A stretch of 63,885 nucleotides of DNA, filler included. It is 6 parts of 6 records of this genome, joined end to end, with 100 filler letters (N's around TTAATTAATTAA, not from the genome) between each part and the next. Parts side by side here need not be neighbours in the genome. Positions count along the whole stretch, not along the records: positions 32,847 to 42,263 come from DRR723986_10268; positions 42,364 to 50,478 come from DRR723986_10271; 4 more parts are not named here. One strand, 5' to 3'. The position numbers were made by a program, and so were the translations under genes. The number at the start of each line of letters is the position of its first letter. Position 1 is the stretch's first letter. The notes beneath the pieces were generated by a model that saw nothing but the letters and a program-made list of their open reading frames with translations, ran no database searches and had not been told where the DNA came from. Positions 37,807 through 47,356 of this stretch are shown one piece after another.

Positions 37807-38190
37807 TTAGGCTGCCTCCTCACGTACGCGCACAGCGGTGAAACTGTAAACGGCCTCACCGTGACCATTGGCCCCCATGGCAAAACTCTTCTCCTGCAGG
37901 AAGCAGTCATCAAAGGTCACCGTCATCTGGGTGTCACCTTGTTTAAGAGTCGCCGTCACCTGGAAGGCGTCATCGCCGGTTAAAGCGTTAAATGCGGTGC
38001 TGGAAGAAACGACTTGTAAACGCGCTTCTACAAACTGCGGCCCACTGGCCATGCCAATGCGTTCGGCGCTGCCCAGGGCATAGAGGTTGCGGCGGTCCTG
38101 ATGATGGCGGTATTCCACAGAGGTCACGCCTTCAACCGGTTCGCCGTTTAACAAAACGCTGCTTTCATTAGCTGCAAATATTGTCGGCAT
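37807..38190 (-). CDS. Putative tail tube protein
   Basis: 127-aa all-beta protein directly after sheath; YALGSAERIG...VTFDDC...AVYSFTAVRVRE; AGGAG RBS. Confidence 0.72.
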   Translation of the reverse strand: MPTIFAANESSVLLNGEPVEGVTSVEYRHHQDRRNLYALGSAERIGMASGPQFVEARLQVVSSSTAFNALTGDDAFQVTATLKQGDTQMTVTFDDCFLQEKSFAMGANGHGEAVYSFTAVRVREEAA

Positions 38191-38201
38191 CGGTTAACTC
38201 C

Positions 38202-39911
38202 TTAGTTCTTTACTCTGATGGTTGCGTAAATGTAATCGATGGCTCGAACAGGACGCACGGCAATGTCAATACGAACAATACCCTGCGCAAAGTCCTGCTG
38301 CGTGGAATAGACGTCAACGTGGAACGCTGGATCTGAGCCGTCGGTGGAAGGCACCAGAGCGTTGTCGCGCTGCATACGCGTAAAGGTTGCAACAATTTGT
38401 TGTTTAAGTGCCGTACGCGCGTCATCAGTGTTCAGGCGGCCGATAAAGTTTTCGGAAATTGCCTTGGTTTCGCGAATGGCCTGGTCTGCCACACGCGTCA
38501 CTGAAATCTGATCACCACTGGTATCCAAACCACGCAGAACCACTATTCCGCGGCCAATCCGATTTTGAACCACCAGCAAATTAGTACTGGCGCCAAGGAG
38601 TCGGTTCAGCTGACTCTCGCGATACGTGGCTGCCTGCATGCCATGCAGCGGCACCGACTTAAACGTCGGTGAAAACTGCGGACGCATGCGGCCAATCATG
38701 CCGGCGACGGCACCCGCGGCACCGGCCGGGGAAACTAAAACAAAGCGGCGGTTGCGCACCGTAGCGGCGTGATCCTTGATTTTGGAAAGATCACCCTGCT
38801 CGTCGGCAGTTACCGAACCAAAGGCAATACGTGGCGCACCATTATCGGCCATTGTGACCGCATGTGCCACGAGCGACTGGTGAATTGTGCGAACATCGCT
38901 GTTCGATCGCTTGGGCTCAATTGCTGCCAGGCACAAGTCAATGCGTGTGTCGTCTGACAGTAATTCGATGGCCGTTTGATAATTGGCAACCGAAGGTGAG
39001 GTGCCGCCCGCAAAGTCTGTTAAACCGCCAGTCGCAGCCGGCAGGCTGTCAGCCAGTGAACTCAGTACCGTAACGCGGATAAAGCGGCTGCGCGCCTCCA
39101 AAACGTAGGGCAAATAGTTGTCGGCATCGGGGTTCATTACCAGATCGGTAAACTCTTCGCGCAGTCCACCCTGAAATACTTTCAAATCAATGGTGCTATC
39201 GACTTCGTTAACTGAGATTTCGACTGAGAGCCCTTCGGGGCTGATGCCGTCGGCTGGACGCATATTAAAGATGGTATCTGCCGGGGTGTCCTTGCGTGCA
39301 ACGTCTATAGTCGTCACAACATCGCTGAACACATAGGTGGTTGCCGGTGCGTTGGTGGGCTCGGGCAGCCAGCTTTCGGCCGAAGGATCAATGGCAACGA
39401 CGTAACTTGACTTGCGATTGATTGTCTCAAAGATGTCATCGGGAGCACCCGCACGATCCTGCAGATCGGTGAATGTTTCTACGAGTGCACCGTTGAGGTA
39501 CAGGCGCATGTTAACGCGAACGGTATCACCATTTGCATTCAGAATCGATGAAATATCAGCTTTGAGATCATTGCCCCAGCTTCCATTCGAACGGGTTCGC
39601 AGTGTAATTGCGTTAACATCTGCAGCATTTACCAATGTAGTGGACGCCGGTCCACCACCTGCCACAGGTGAAATCACAGCTTCGCTTGCGCCATTGGCAA
39701 GTGCATGCACGACTTCGGGCATACTTACTTCCGTACCCGGCCCCAGAATCTGGCGCAGTTCACTGATTTTGGAAACTGTCACAAGACCGGATTTAACCGG
39801 TGGACGATCGACAATGCCTACAGCACCGACAATTCCGGACGGCGCCGGTAAGGGCGGTAATACGTCAAAACGCGCTTCTACGCGCACGCCGGGCACGACA
39901 AGTGTGGCCAT
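38202..39911 (-). CDS. Contractile phage tail sheath protein
   Basis: N-terminal VVPGVRVE, GSWGNDL, C-terminal ISVTRVAD...FIGRLN...VRIDIAVRPVRAIDYIYATI; GGAGAAGG RBS favours ATG 39911. Confidence 0.92.
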   Translation of the reverse strand: MATLVVPGVRVEARFDVLPPLPAPSGIVGAVGIVDRPPVKSGLVTVSKISELRQILGPGTEVSMPEVVHALANGASEAVISPVAGGGPASTTLVNAADVNAITLRTRSNGSWGNDLKADISSILNANGDTVRVNMRLYLNGALVETFTDLQDRAGAPDDIFETINRKSSYVVAIDPSAESWLPEPTNAPATTYVFSDVVTTIDVARKDTPADTIFNMRPADGISPEGLSVEISVNEVDSTIDLKVFQGGLREEFTDLVMNPDADNYLPYVLEARSRFIRVTVLSSLADSLPAATGGLTDFAGGTSPSVANYQTAIELLSDDTRIDLCLAAIEPKRSNSDVRTIHQSLVAHAVTMADNGAPRIAFGSVTADEQGDLSKIKDHAATVRNRRFVLVSPAGAAGAVAGMIGRMRPQFSPTFKSVPLHGMQAATYRESQLNRLLGASTNLLVVQNRIGRGIVVLRGLDTSGDQISVTRVADQAIRETKAISENFIGRLNTDDARTALKQQIVATFTRMQRDNALVPSTDGSDPAFHVDVYSTQQDFAQGIVRIDIAVRPVRAIDYIYATIRVKN

Positions 39912-40988
39912 TACCTTCTCCATGTTAAAATGTGGTTAAACCTGCAATTGGCAGGAACCGGCTCTCAAGTGCACACAATAGCCTATGCAGAAAGATGCGG
40001 TGAAGCATTTCCAGCACTACTGTGCAGACATAAGAATATTGACGCCGTGGTTTAACATCAAAGCCAATTGGGCACGCCCCAGCGCGTTTCGAATACGCCA
40101 GTTACGTGCATACAGCGGCTATGGTGCTCCGGTTGACCTTGACCGGCCAGACACCTGTTCCGTGCTACTAATTAGGTTGTCAGTTTTATATTAACGTGTT
40201 AAACGCCAGAATTCACAGCTGGGTGGCCGCAAAGCAGCAGAGGACGAACTTCGGTACCTTGTTCGACCATGCGATGGTTTAACGCAGGCCCAATGTACAA
40301 CAACACTTTTGTGAATGCAAGCAAAAATGTTGCGAAGTTTTTTTTCGTGTTACGCTGTAGAAAACGTGTAACTTTTGGAATGTATGCCGGATTACTCTGG
40401 GGCTATATCAAGCTAGTATCTATGCGACATGCGGGCAATTCCGGCGTGTTGGTGACCTATTGTTCCCAGAGCCCAACAGACCTTTTGATCATGTCTGGTA
40501 TGCCCAAAATGACCTAGCAGTTGCCAACAATTCGGGTTCGCATGTTTTGTAGTTAACAGTCTACACACGCCCTAAATTCGCATAGCTAAAAATGACTATT
40601 GCTTGGCCAGATGTAGCTAGAAAAATCACTTTTTGCAGGATCGAAACACACGCGGTTTTTTACGTATGTTTAAGAAGTAAAGCCAAAATTCGCCCCTATA
40701 ATCTACCAGCCAGGACTGATACCAGTTGCAAAGTTCGCGATCCCGGCGAACGTAGCATAGGGGTTAACATTTTTGACTAATAGCTATCGTTCTGTGGCCG
40801 GCCTCCAGTACACGCAAATTTGGAGCCTTTAATTGTCCACTTCGGCCCATAAAGTTTTTTTTGGACCTCTTATTTTGTGATAGCATATTGCGGAGACATA
40901 CGGAGGCAAACACCCTCGGCTTCCCTATGTAAATACATTGAGTTTGTCCCGGCTCAATTTGATTTGGAAAAAGTGAAAGAACAGTCGT

Positions 40989-42263
40989 ATGCGAAATACC
41001 GTGATGGGACGGGAGTTGGCACGCCAGAAACTCTATTCTGTTGAGCAGCTAGTTGAGCAATCCTGGATTCTGTCGAGAAAAAACGATCCACGCGCAGTGG
41101 AATACGCGCGCCAGGCAGTCGCCCTGGAAAAAGTACAGGGACGAACCCTGGGTATTCACCGCGCCTTGGCCTGTATAGCTCAGGAGCATGTGATCAGCCG
41201 CAATATCTCTGCGGCACGCAAACTTCTAACCGAAGCAGAACTGCAATCGATTAATGCAAATGACTGGGAGTGCCAGGCCTGGATACATCGGCAGTTAAAT
41301 ATGCTCGCTCACGAAGAACTAGATTGGCAGCAGTCATTCTACCACATTCGCCGAGCAATTGACCTCTACGCAGAGAATGGAAAATTTGACGCGGTTGGCC
41401 ATCGAGCGCTGGGAAGGCACTACGCCGAGGCAGGCCTCTTTGCAGAGTCGTTGGAGGTTTTGCACCAGGTACTTGATGCCACGGAGGGCTATGAAAACAG
41501 CATTGCGCGAATCAGCGCCATGGGCAATATTGCTACCGTGTGGTTCGAAGCCGGCAACATTGAGAAGTTTACTGAGGTCAATGAAGCGACTCTGGCTTTA
41601 GCAATCTCAATCAATGACTACTCATCCCAGGCGCTGTGCCTCCAGAGACGCGGCTGTGCCGGCATGATGGGATTAATCGAATCTGACGCCCTGGCCGACC
41701 TTGAAGCCGCTATAGAAATTCACGAAAGCAACGGTGAGACACAGTTCCTGATTCAGGGCCAGTATAACTATGCCGCAGCGCTGTTGCAGCAGGGACAGCT
41801 GGACCGCGGTCTAAAACTTCTGCACCAAACCACAGCATTGGCCAAGGAATTTAAAAGACCCAAGATTGTTATCGGCTGCCACATTACGAAGAGTGAGTTG
41901 TTACTTCGTCAGCAGCGCTTTGAGGAAGCGTACGCTCTGCTGAAAGAAGCATTATTGCTTGCGGAACAGGGTGATATGAAAGGGCGGCAAGCCGGAATCC
42001 ATCAAAAATCGGCAAAAGTCTGTGGACATCTGAAGCTGGCCAACGAAGCGCTGGATCACACGCAAAAATTCCTGGAGTTACAGCAGGCAACCGCAGGCAT
42101 ACACATACAACGAAAGATTACCGCGATTGAGAACCGCTATGAAATGCAGCAAAGTCACATCAAACAGGAAGTCTTGCAGCTGCAGAATCGCCAATTGAGT
42201 AGCCAGGTTGAACAGCTTAATCAAGAGTTAGCCAAAATGGCCAATGTCCTTGCCCAAAGAAAC
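40989..42263 (+). CDS. Tetratricopeptide-repeat protein with C-terminal coiled coil (3' truncated; probable regulator)
   Basis: TPR-like helices (ISAMGNIATVW, YNYAAALL), then IENRYEM...LQNRQLSSQVEQLNQELAKMANVLAQRN coiled coil. Confidence 0.75.
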
Positions 42264-42363
42264 NNNNNNNNNNNNNNNNNNNNNNNNNNNNNNNNNNNNN
42301 NNNNNNNTTAATTAATTAANNNNNNNNNNNNNNNNNNNNNNNNNNNNNNNNNNNNNNNNNNNN
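42264..42363. other. Artificial contig spacer
   Basis: N-run with TTAATTAATTAA. Confidence 0.99.
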
Positions 42364-42433
42364 GCCAGGCCCGGAAGGGAGCAACGGTAGTTACCGACTC
42401 GTGTGCCGGGGTGTGGCTGTCCGGGCCGCCTCC
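42364..42433 (+). ncRNA. ffs: Signal recognition particle 4.5S RNA (5' truncated)
   Basis: Helix-8 core GCCAGGCCCGGAAGGGAGCAACGG with GGAA tetraloop; upstream of dnaX. Confidence 0.85.
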
Positions 42434-42510
42434 ATTTAACACGGCCTTAAGTTTCTCCAGCAGGGTCGCTGGTGTATCCTAGCGGTCCGATCGATTTTCC
42501 AGAGTTGGCG

Positions 42511-44187
42511 ATGTCCTACCAGGTATTGGCGCGTAAATGGCGGCCCCGGAGTTTCCGTGAGATGGTCGGCCAGGAGCACGTGCTTCAGGCCCTGGTCAAC
42601 GCACTGGATCACGATCGCCTGCACCACGCCTACCTGTTCACCGGCACCCGGGGCGTCGGCAAGACCACGATCGCCCGCATCCTGGCCAAATGCCTCAATT
42701 GTGAAAGCGGGGTAAGCTCCGAGCCCTGTGGTGAGTGCTCTTCCTGCCTCGAGATTGCCGAGGGTCGCAGTGTCGACCTGCTGGAAGTGGATGCGGCATC
42801 CCGCACCAAGGTTGAAGACACGCGGGAATTACTCGAGAACGTGCAGTACGCGCCCACGCGCTCACGCTACAAGGTATACCTGATCGACGAGGTCCACATG
42901 CTCTCCGGTCACAGCTTCAATGCGCTGCTGAAAACCCTCGAAGAGCCTCCGCCCCACGTCAAATTCCTGCTCGCCACCACTGATCCGCAGAAATTGCCGG
43001 CGACGATTCTTTCCCGCTGCCTGCAATTCAACCTGAAGAACATGCCACCGGAGCAGATCGTTGGTCATCTCGGCTATATCCTGGACCAGGAAATGGTGAG
43101 TTTCGAACAGCCGGCGCTGTGGCTGCTTGCCCGGGCAGCATCGGGCAGTATGCGCGATGCGCTGAGCCTGACAGACCAGGCCATCGCGTTTGGTTCCGGC
43201 AAAGTGGGCGAGGACGATGTGCGCAGTATGCTGGGCACGGTCGATCTGTCTTATGTCTACCAGCTGCTTGAGGCGATTGCCGGCGGAGAGCCGGCAGCCT
43301 TGCTCGGCATTGTGGCCAGCATGGCCGAGCATGCACCGGATTTCGAGGGCAGCCTCGACGAGCTGATTTCCCTGCTGCACCGGGTAGCCGTTGCTCAACT
43401 GGTGCCAGACGCAATTGACAACAGCTGGGGCGACGCCGAGCGGGTGGCGGCCATCGCTGCCGCGTTCACTGCCGACGATACCCAGCTGTTCTACCAGGTC
43501 GCCCTCAATGGCAAGCGCGATCTGCCGTTGGCCGGCGACCCGCGCAGCGGCTTCGAAATGATTCTGCTGCGAATGATTGCCTTCCGGCCGGCGGCCATTA
43601 TCGATCCCGCGGTGACCCCGGGGGACCTGCAGGCCATTCCTGGTGGCGGTACGCAGAGCAGCGCCGGAGAGGTCGGCGCTGGCGCAGCAAAAAAGCCGCT
43701 GACACCGGCGGCTGACTCGCCGCCTTCGCCTTCGCCTGCGGCCAGCCCGCCCGCGGCGGAACCCGTTGAGCAGACGCCAGTAGCGTCAGCTGCGGCGCGG
43801 TTAAGCCCGGAAAATTGGGCGGACACCCTGGAGTCCCTCGGTCTGGTCGGCATCGTATACAACATTGCTTCGCACTGCGAATTGCGCCATAGCAACGGCA
43901 AGGACCTGGCGTTCATCCTCGACCCGGATCACGTGGCGCTGTTCAATCCAGGGCACAGCGAAAAGATTCGCCTGGCGCTACAGAACTATTTCGCCTGCGA
44001 GTTGACTGTCTCTATTGAGCCCGGTGAATTGCAGCGCGAGACTCCCGCCCGGCGCAGCGAGCGCCGGGTCGAGGAGCGGCAGCAACAGGCGGTGGAGTCG
44101 ATCGAGCACGACCCGCTGTTGCACCAACTGCTGGAACGCTTTGACGGGGAATTGGACCGGGGGTCCATAACTCCGCTGGATAATTGA
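42511..44187 (+). CDS. dnaX: DNA polymerase III subunit gamma/tau
   Basis: MSYQVLARKWRP, GTRGVGKTT, DEVHML, SRC motif. Confidence 0.98.
   Translation: MSYQVLARKWRPRSFREMVGQEHVLQALVNALDHDRLHHAYLFTGTRGVGKTTIARILAKCLNCESGVSSEPCGECSSCLEIAEGRSVDLLEVDAASRTKVEDTRELLENVQYAPTRSRYKVYLIDEVHMLSGHSFNALLKTLEEPPPHVKFLLATTDPQKLPATILSRCLQFNLKNMPPEQIVGHLGYILDQEMVSFEQPALWLLARAASGSMRDALSLTDQAIAFGSGKVGEDDVRSMLGTVDLSYVYQLLEAIAGGEPAALLGIVASMAEHAPDFEGSLDELISLLHRVAVAQLVPDAIDNSWGDAERVAAIAAAFTADDTQLFYQVALNGKRDLPLAGDPRSGFEMILLRMIAFRPAAIIDPAVTPGDLQAIPGGGTQSSAGEVGAGAAKKPLTPAADSPPSPSPAASPPAAEPVEQTPVASAAARLSPENWADTLESLGLVGIVYNIASHCELRHSNGKDLAFILDPDHVALFNPGHSEKIRLALQNYFACELTVSIEPGELQRETPARRSERRVEERQQQAVESIEHDPLLHQLLERFDGELDRGSITPLDN
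43689..43724 (+). promoter_or_regulatory. Candidate programmed -1 ribosomal frameshift signal in dnaX
   Basis: In-frame A_AAA_AAG at 43689-43695; -1 frame stop TGA at 43713-43715; downstream GGCGGC/GCCGCC hairpin. Confidence 0.55.
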
Positions 44188-44196
44188 GGAATCGAC

Positions 44197-44520
44197 ATGA
44201 AGGGATCGATCAGCGACCTGATGCAGCAGGCGCAAAAAATGCAGGCAGACCTGCAAAAGAAACAGGAAGAGGTCGCCCGTGCGGAAGTAACCGGTGAGTC
44301 CGGTGCCGGCCTGGTACAGGTGGTAATGACCGGTCGTCACGATGTCCGGCGCGTCACCATTGATGACAGCGTATTCAGCGAGGATAAGGAAGTGCTGGAA
44401 GACCTGCTGGCGGCGGCAGTCAACGACGCGGTGCGTAAGGTCGAAGCACACAACAAGGACGCCATGTCGGGCCTGGCTGCCGGCCTCGACCTGCCGAGCG
44501 GATTCAAGCTGCCGTTCTGA
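44197..44520 (+). CDS. ybaB: YbaB/EbfC nucleoid-associated protein
   Basis: [33 protein letters not shown]; dnaX-ybaB-recR order. Confidence 0.96.
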   Translation: MKGSISDLMQQAQKMQADLQKKQEEVARAEVTGESGAGLVQVVMTGRHDVRRVTIDDSVFSEDKEVLEDLLAAAVNDAVRKVEAHNKDAMSGLAAGLDLPSGFKLPF

Positions 44521-44531
44521 GACCCTAGCCG

Positions 44532-45131
44532 ATGAAATTCAGTCCAGCCCTGGAAAACCTGATTGACGCGCTGCGCTGCCTGCCGGGCGTCGGTCCCAAG
44601 TCGGCCCAACGCATGTCGCTGCATCTGCTGGAGCGCGACCGGGAAGGGGCGGTCACGCTGGCACAAGCCCTGCAGGAAGCAGTTGAGAAGATCGATCACT
44701 GCACCTTGTGTCGTAACTTTTCCGAGTACGACGTGTGTGAGATTTGCAGTGACACGCGTCGTGACCAGACCCAGGTCTGTGTTGTGGAGAGCCCCGCGGA
44801 TGTACTCGCGCTGGAACAGAGCGGCAGTTATCGTGGCCGCTATTTTGTGTTGATGGGCCACCTGTCACCTATCGATGGTATCGGTCCTGAAGATATCGGC
44901 CTCGATCGCTTTCATCGGCGGATTGTCGAGGAGGATATCCGCGAGGTTATTCTCGCCACCAATCCCACCGTGGAAGGTGAGGCGACAGCCTACTATCTCA
45001 GCAAGCTGCTGGCGCCGGAGGGTGTGCGTATGACCCGTATCGCCCATGGGGTGCCGCTTGGTGGTGAATTGGAGTACGTCGATGGTTCAACTCTCGCCCA
45101 TGCCCTGGCGGGCAGGATCCCGGTGGAGTAG
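44532..45131 (+). CDS. recR: Recombination mediator RecR
   Basis: [12 protein letters not shown]4 zinc finger, [14 protein letters not shown]. Confidence 0.98.
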   Translation: MKFSPALENLIDALRCLPGVGPKSAQRMSLHLLERDREGAVTLAQALQEAVEKIDHCTLCRNFSEYDVCEICSDTRRDQTQVCVVESPADVLALEQSGSYRGRYFVLMGHLSPIDGIGPEDIGLDRFHRRIVEEDIREVILATNPTVEGEATAYYLSKLLAPEGVRMTRIAHGVPLGGELEYVDGSTLAHALAGRIPVE

Positions 45132-45134
45132 GGC

Positions 45135-46250
45135 ATGCGCTGGCAGCTTATAGAGAACGACAGTGCCCTGCACGACGTGCTGGAGCAGAACGCGGGAGCC
45201 CCCGCGGTGGCGGTGGACACCGAGTTCATGCGTCGCGATACCTTCTTTCCGCAGGTCGCGCTGGTGCAGCTGTGTTTCGATGATCGGGCCTGGCTGGTGG
45301 ATCCGCTGGCGATCAAGGATCCCGCGCCATTGGCCCGGCTGCTGGGTGATCCTGCCGTAATCAAGGTATTGCACTCAGCCAGCGAGGACCTCGAGGTATT
45401 CGATCGCTGGCTGGGTGTCCTTCCCCAGCCCCTGTTCGATACCCAGCGTGCGGCTGCCCTGCTGGATCGCGGTTTCGGTCTCGGTTACCGGGCCCTGGTC
45501 CTGGACATCTGCGGTATCGATCTGGCGAAGGGCGAGACCCGTTCCGACTGGCTCAAACGCCCGCTGACGGAATCCCAGTGCGATTATGCCGCCCAGGACG
45601 TAGCCCACCTGTTACCGGTCTGGCGCGAACTCGACGAGGCCTGCGAGCGCACGGGCAAGCGTGACTGGGTGCTCTCGGATGGGCGTGACACCCTGGCCAG
45701 CTTCGGCAGCAGCGGTCGCGATTACTACCGCAAGATCAAATCTGCCTGGCAGCTTGATGCCCGGCAATTGGCCTGCCTGCGTGCCGTCTGTGATTGGCGC
45801 GAGACGGTGGCGCGGGAGCGCGATAAGCCCCGCGGCTGGATTCTCGATGACCGGGCCTGCCTTGGCATCGCCAGGCAGCAGCCGGCCAATCTGCAGGCGC
45901 TGCAGCGGGTCCCGGACGTGCCTCCCGGCGTTATCCGGCGCAATGGCGAGGTGCTGCTGGACCTGATTGAGGAGCAGGAGTCGCTATCGGTCTCTGAACT
46001 GCCGCCGCCACTGCCATCGCCCCCCGGCGCCGCCCAGCGCAAGCTGCTGAAGACGCTGCGCCAGCTGGTCCGTGAGATTGCCGCTGAGCTGCATGTTGCG
46101 CCGGAGGCCCTGTTGCAGAGTCGGGATTACGAGGCCTTGCTGCGCGAGGCTGAAGGGGAGGCTGTAGATACCCCGCCGCACTGGTTGGGCTGGCGGGAGG
46201 AGCTTGTTCTGGCGCCGGTCAGGGCGCGGCTGGGTGGTGGTGCCGCGTGA
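45135..46250 (+). CDS. rnd: Ribonuclease D
   Basis: AVDTEFMR, FDTQ, SDWLKRPL, YAAQDV, HRDC region. Confidence 0.93.
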   Translation: MRWQLIENDSALHDVLEQNAGAPAVAVDTEFMRRDTFFPQVALVQLCFDDRAWLVDPLAIKDPAPLARLLGDPAVIKVLHSASEDLEVFDRWLGVLPQPLFDTQRAAALLDRGFGLGYRALVLDICGIDLAKGETRSDWLKRPLTESQCDYAAQDVAHLLPVWRELDEACERTGKRDWVLSDGRDTLASFGSSGRDYYRKIKSAWQLDARQLACLRAVCDWRETVARERDKPRGWILDDRACLGIARQQPANLQALQRVPDVPPGVIRRNGEVLLDLIEEQESLSVSELPPPLPSPPGAAQRKLLKTLRQLVREIAAELHVAPEALLQSRDYEALLREAEGEAVDTPPHWLGWREELVLAPVRARLGGGAA

Positions 46251-46507
46251 AGCGTATTTGCGAGGTGTTCCGCAGTCCGCGCCGGGAGGGTATGTACCTG
46301 TATATCGATAAGCAGCGTGGGCTGGAAGCGCTTCCCGATGCGCTGCTGGCGACCTTCGGTGAGCCGGCCAGCGTGATGACCCTGTTGCTGACCCCCGAGC
46401 GCAAGCTTGCCCGGGTGGACGGGGCCACGGTACTTGCCGCGATCGAGGATTGCGGCTATTACCTGCAGATGCCGCCCCCCGAATTTCCCGGTGGCAGCGA
46501 GCAGTGA
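46247..46507 (+). CDS. ycgL: YcgL domain protein
   Basis: MYLY...LPDALLATFG...RKLARVD...GYYLQMPP. Confidence 0.88.
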   Translation: MKRICEVFRSPRREGMYLYIDKQRGLEALPDALLATFGEPASVMTLLLTPERKLARVDGATVLAAIEDCGYYLQMPPPEFPGGSEQ

Positions 46508-46947
46508 GCGAGCTGGCCTGGTTTGATGCACTGCCACTGGAGGCGCTCGATCCACAGCAATGGGAAGCCCTGTGTGATGGCTGCGCCCGCTGTTGCCTGC
46601 ATAAACTGCAGGACGGAGTAAGCGGAGAGGTGAGCTATACGGCGGTTCATTGTGGACTGCTCGACGCCCAGCGCTGCCGCTGTAGCGATTACCCACGGCG
46701 ACTGCAGCGCGTTCCCGAATGTGTCAGTCTCGATGCCCGGGGCGCCCGCGATTTTGGCTGGCTCCCGGCAAGCTGCGCGTACCGTTTGCGCGCCGAAGGC
46801 AAACGCCTGTTGGCGTGGCATCCACTGGTCAGTGGCGATCCGGAATCAGTGCACAGTGCGGGAATCTCAATTCGTGGTCGCTCGATCTCAGATGAATATG
46901 TTCATCCCGATGGTTATGATGAGCATATCGTGACCTGGGTTAATTAG
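46504..46947 (+). CDS. ycgN: YcgN family cysteine-cluster protein
   Basis: WEALCDGCARCCLHKL, CRCSDY, WLPASCAYR, WHPLVSGD. Confidence 0.9.
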   Translation: MSELAWFDALPLEALDPQQWEALCDGCARCCLHKLQDGVSGEVSYTAVHCGLLDAQRCRCSDYPRRLQRVPECVSLDARGARDFGWLPASCAYRLRAEGKRLLAWHPLVSGDPESVHSAGISIRGRSISDEYVHPDGYDEHIVTWVN

Positions 46948-46957
46948 GAGAGAGGAT

Positions 46958-47350
46958 TTGCTCGACGAAACCTCCTACAACGCTGCGCTACTGGTGTATA
47001 CCGGCTCAGCGCTGCTCGCCTTGCTGTGCATGGCCTGGTGGCTGCGCCGCAGCTGGGGCACCGGCTGGTTGCTGTTCCTGGTGTTGGGAGGCTGCGCGCT
47101 GTTGTTGACCCCGGCCTATCCCGGAGACGGGGTGGATACCCTGGCACCGGCGCTGGTGGTGGCAGTGTTCCAGCTGATGACCGAGGGCGTGGAAGCGGCG
47201 GAGCATGCGCTGCGGCCGCTGTTGGCGATGCTGGGCCTCGCCCTGGTGGTGACGCTCCTGTTGCGCTTTACGGTGTTCCGCAAACGCCGGGTAGCAGTCG
47301 CGCCAGCAGATCGCGCCGACCCCGCCGAATCTCCCGCAACGGGATCCTGA
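46958..47350 (+). CDS. Small membrane hypothetical protein
   Basis: 3-4 hydrophobic segments, AGGAG RBS. Confidence 0.6.
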   Translation: MLDETSYNAALLVYTGSALLALLCMAWWLRRSWGTGWLLFLVLGGCALLLTPAYPGDGVDTLAPALVVAVFQLMTEGVEAAEHALRPLLAMLGLALVVTLLLRFTVFRKRRVAVAPADRADPAESPATGS

Positions 47351-47356
47351 CACCGG

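Noticed and set aside
32892-39911. Calling the tail cluster a prophage or a T6SS
   Set aside because: No head, terminase, integrase or lysis genes and non-coding DNA upstream of the sheath; single-gene sheath and no TssJLM/TssK/ClpV. A remnant cannot be fully excluded, but all ORFs are intact with good RBSs.
39912-40988. c-di-GMP or other riboswitch upstream of the sheath (GCCGCAAAGC near 40226)
   Set aside because: Only a fragment of the motif, on the opposite strand to the operon, without the required paired stems.
43722-43737. Short GCCTTC tandem repeat in dnaX
   Set aside because: Encodes the Pro/Ser linker of tau; too short to suggest phase variation.
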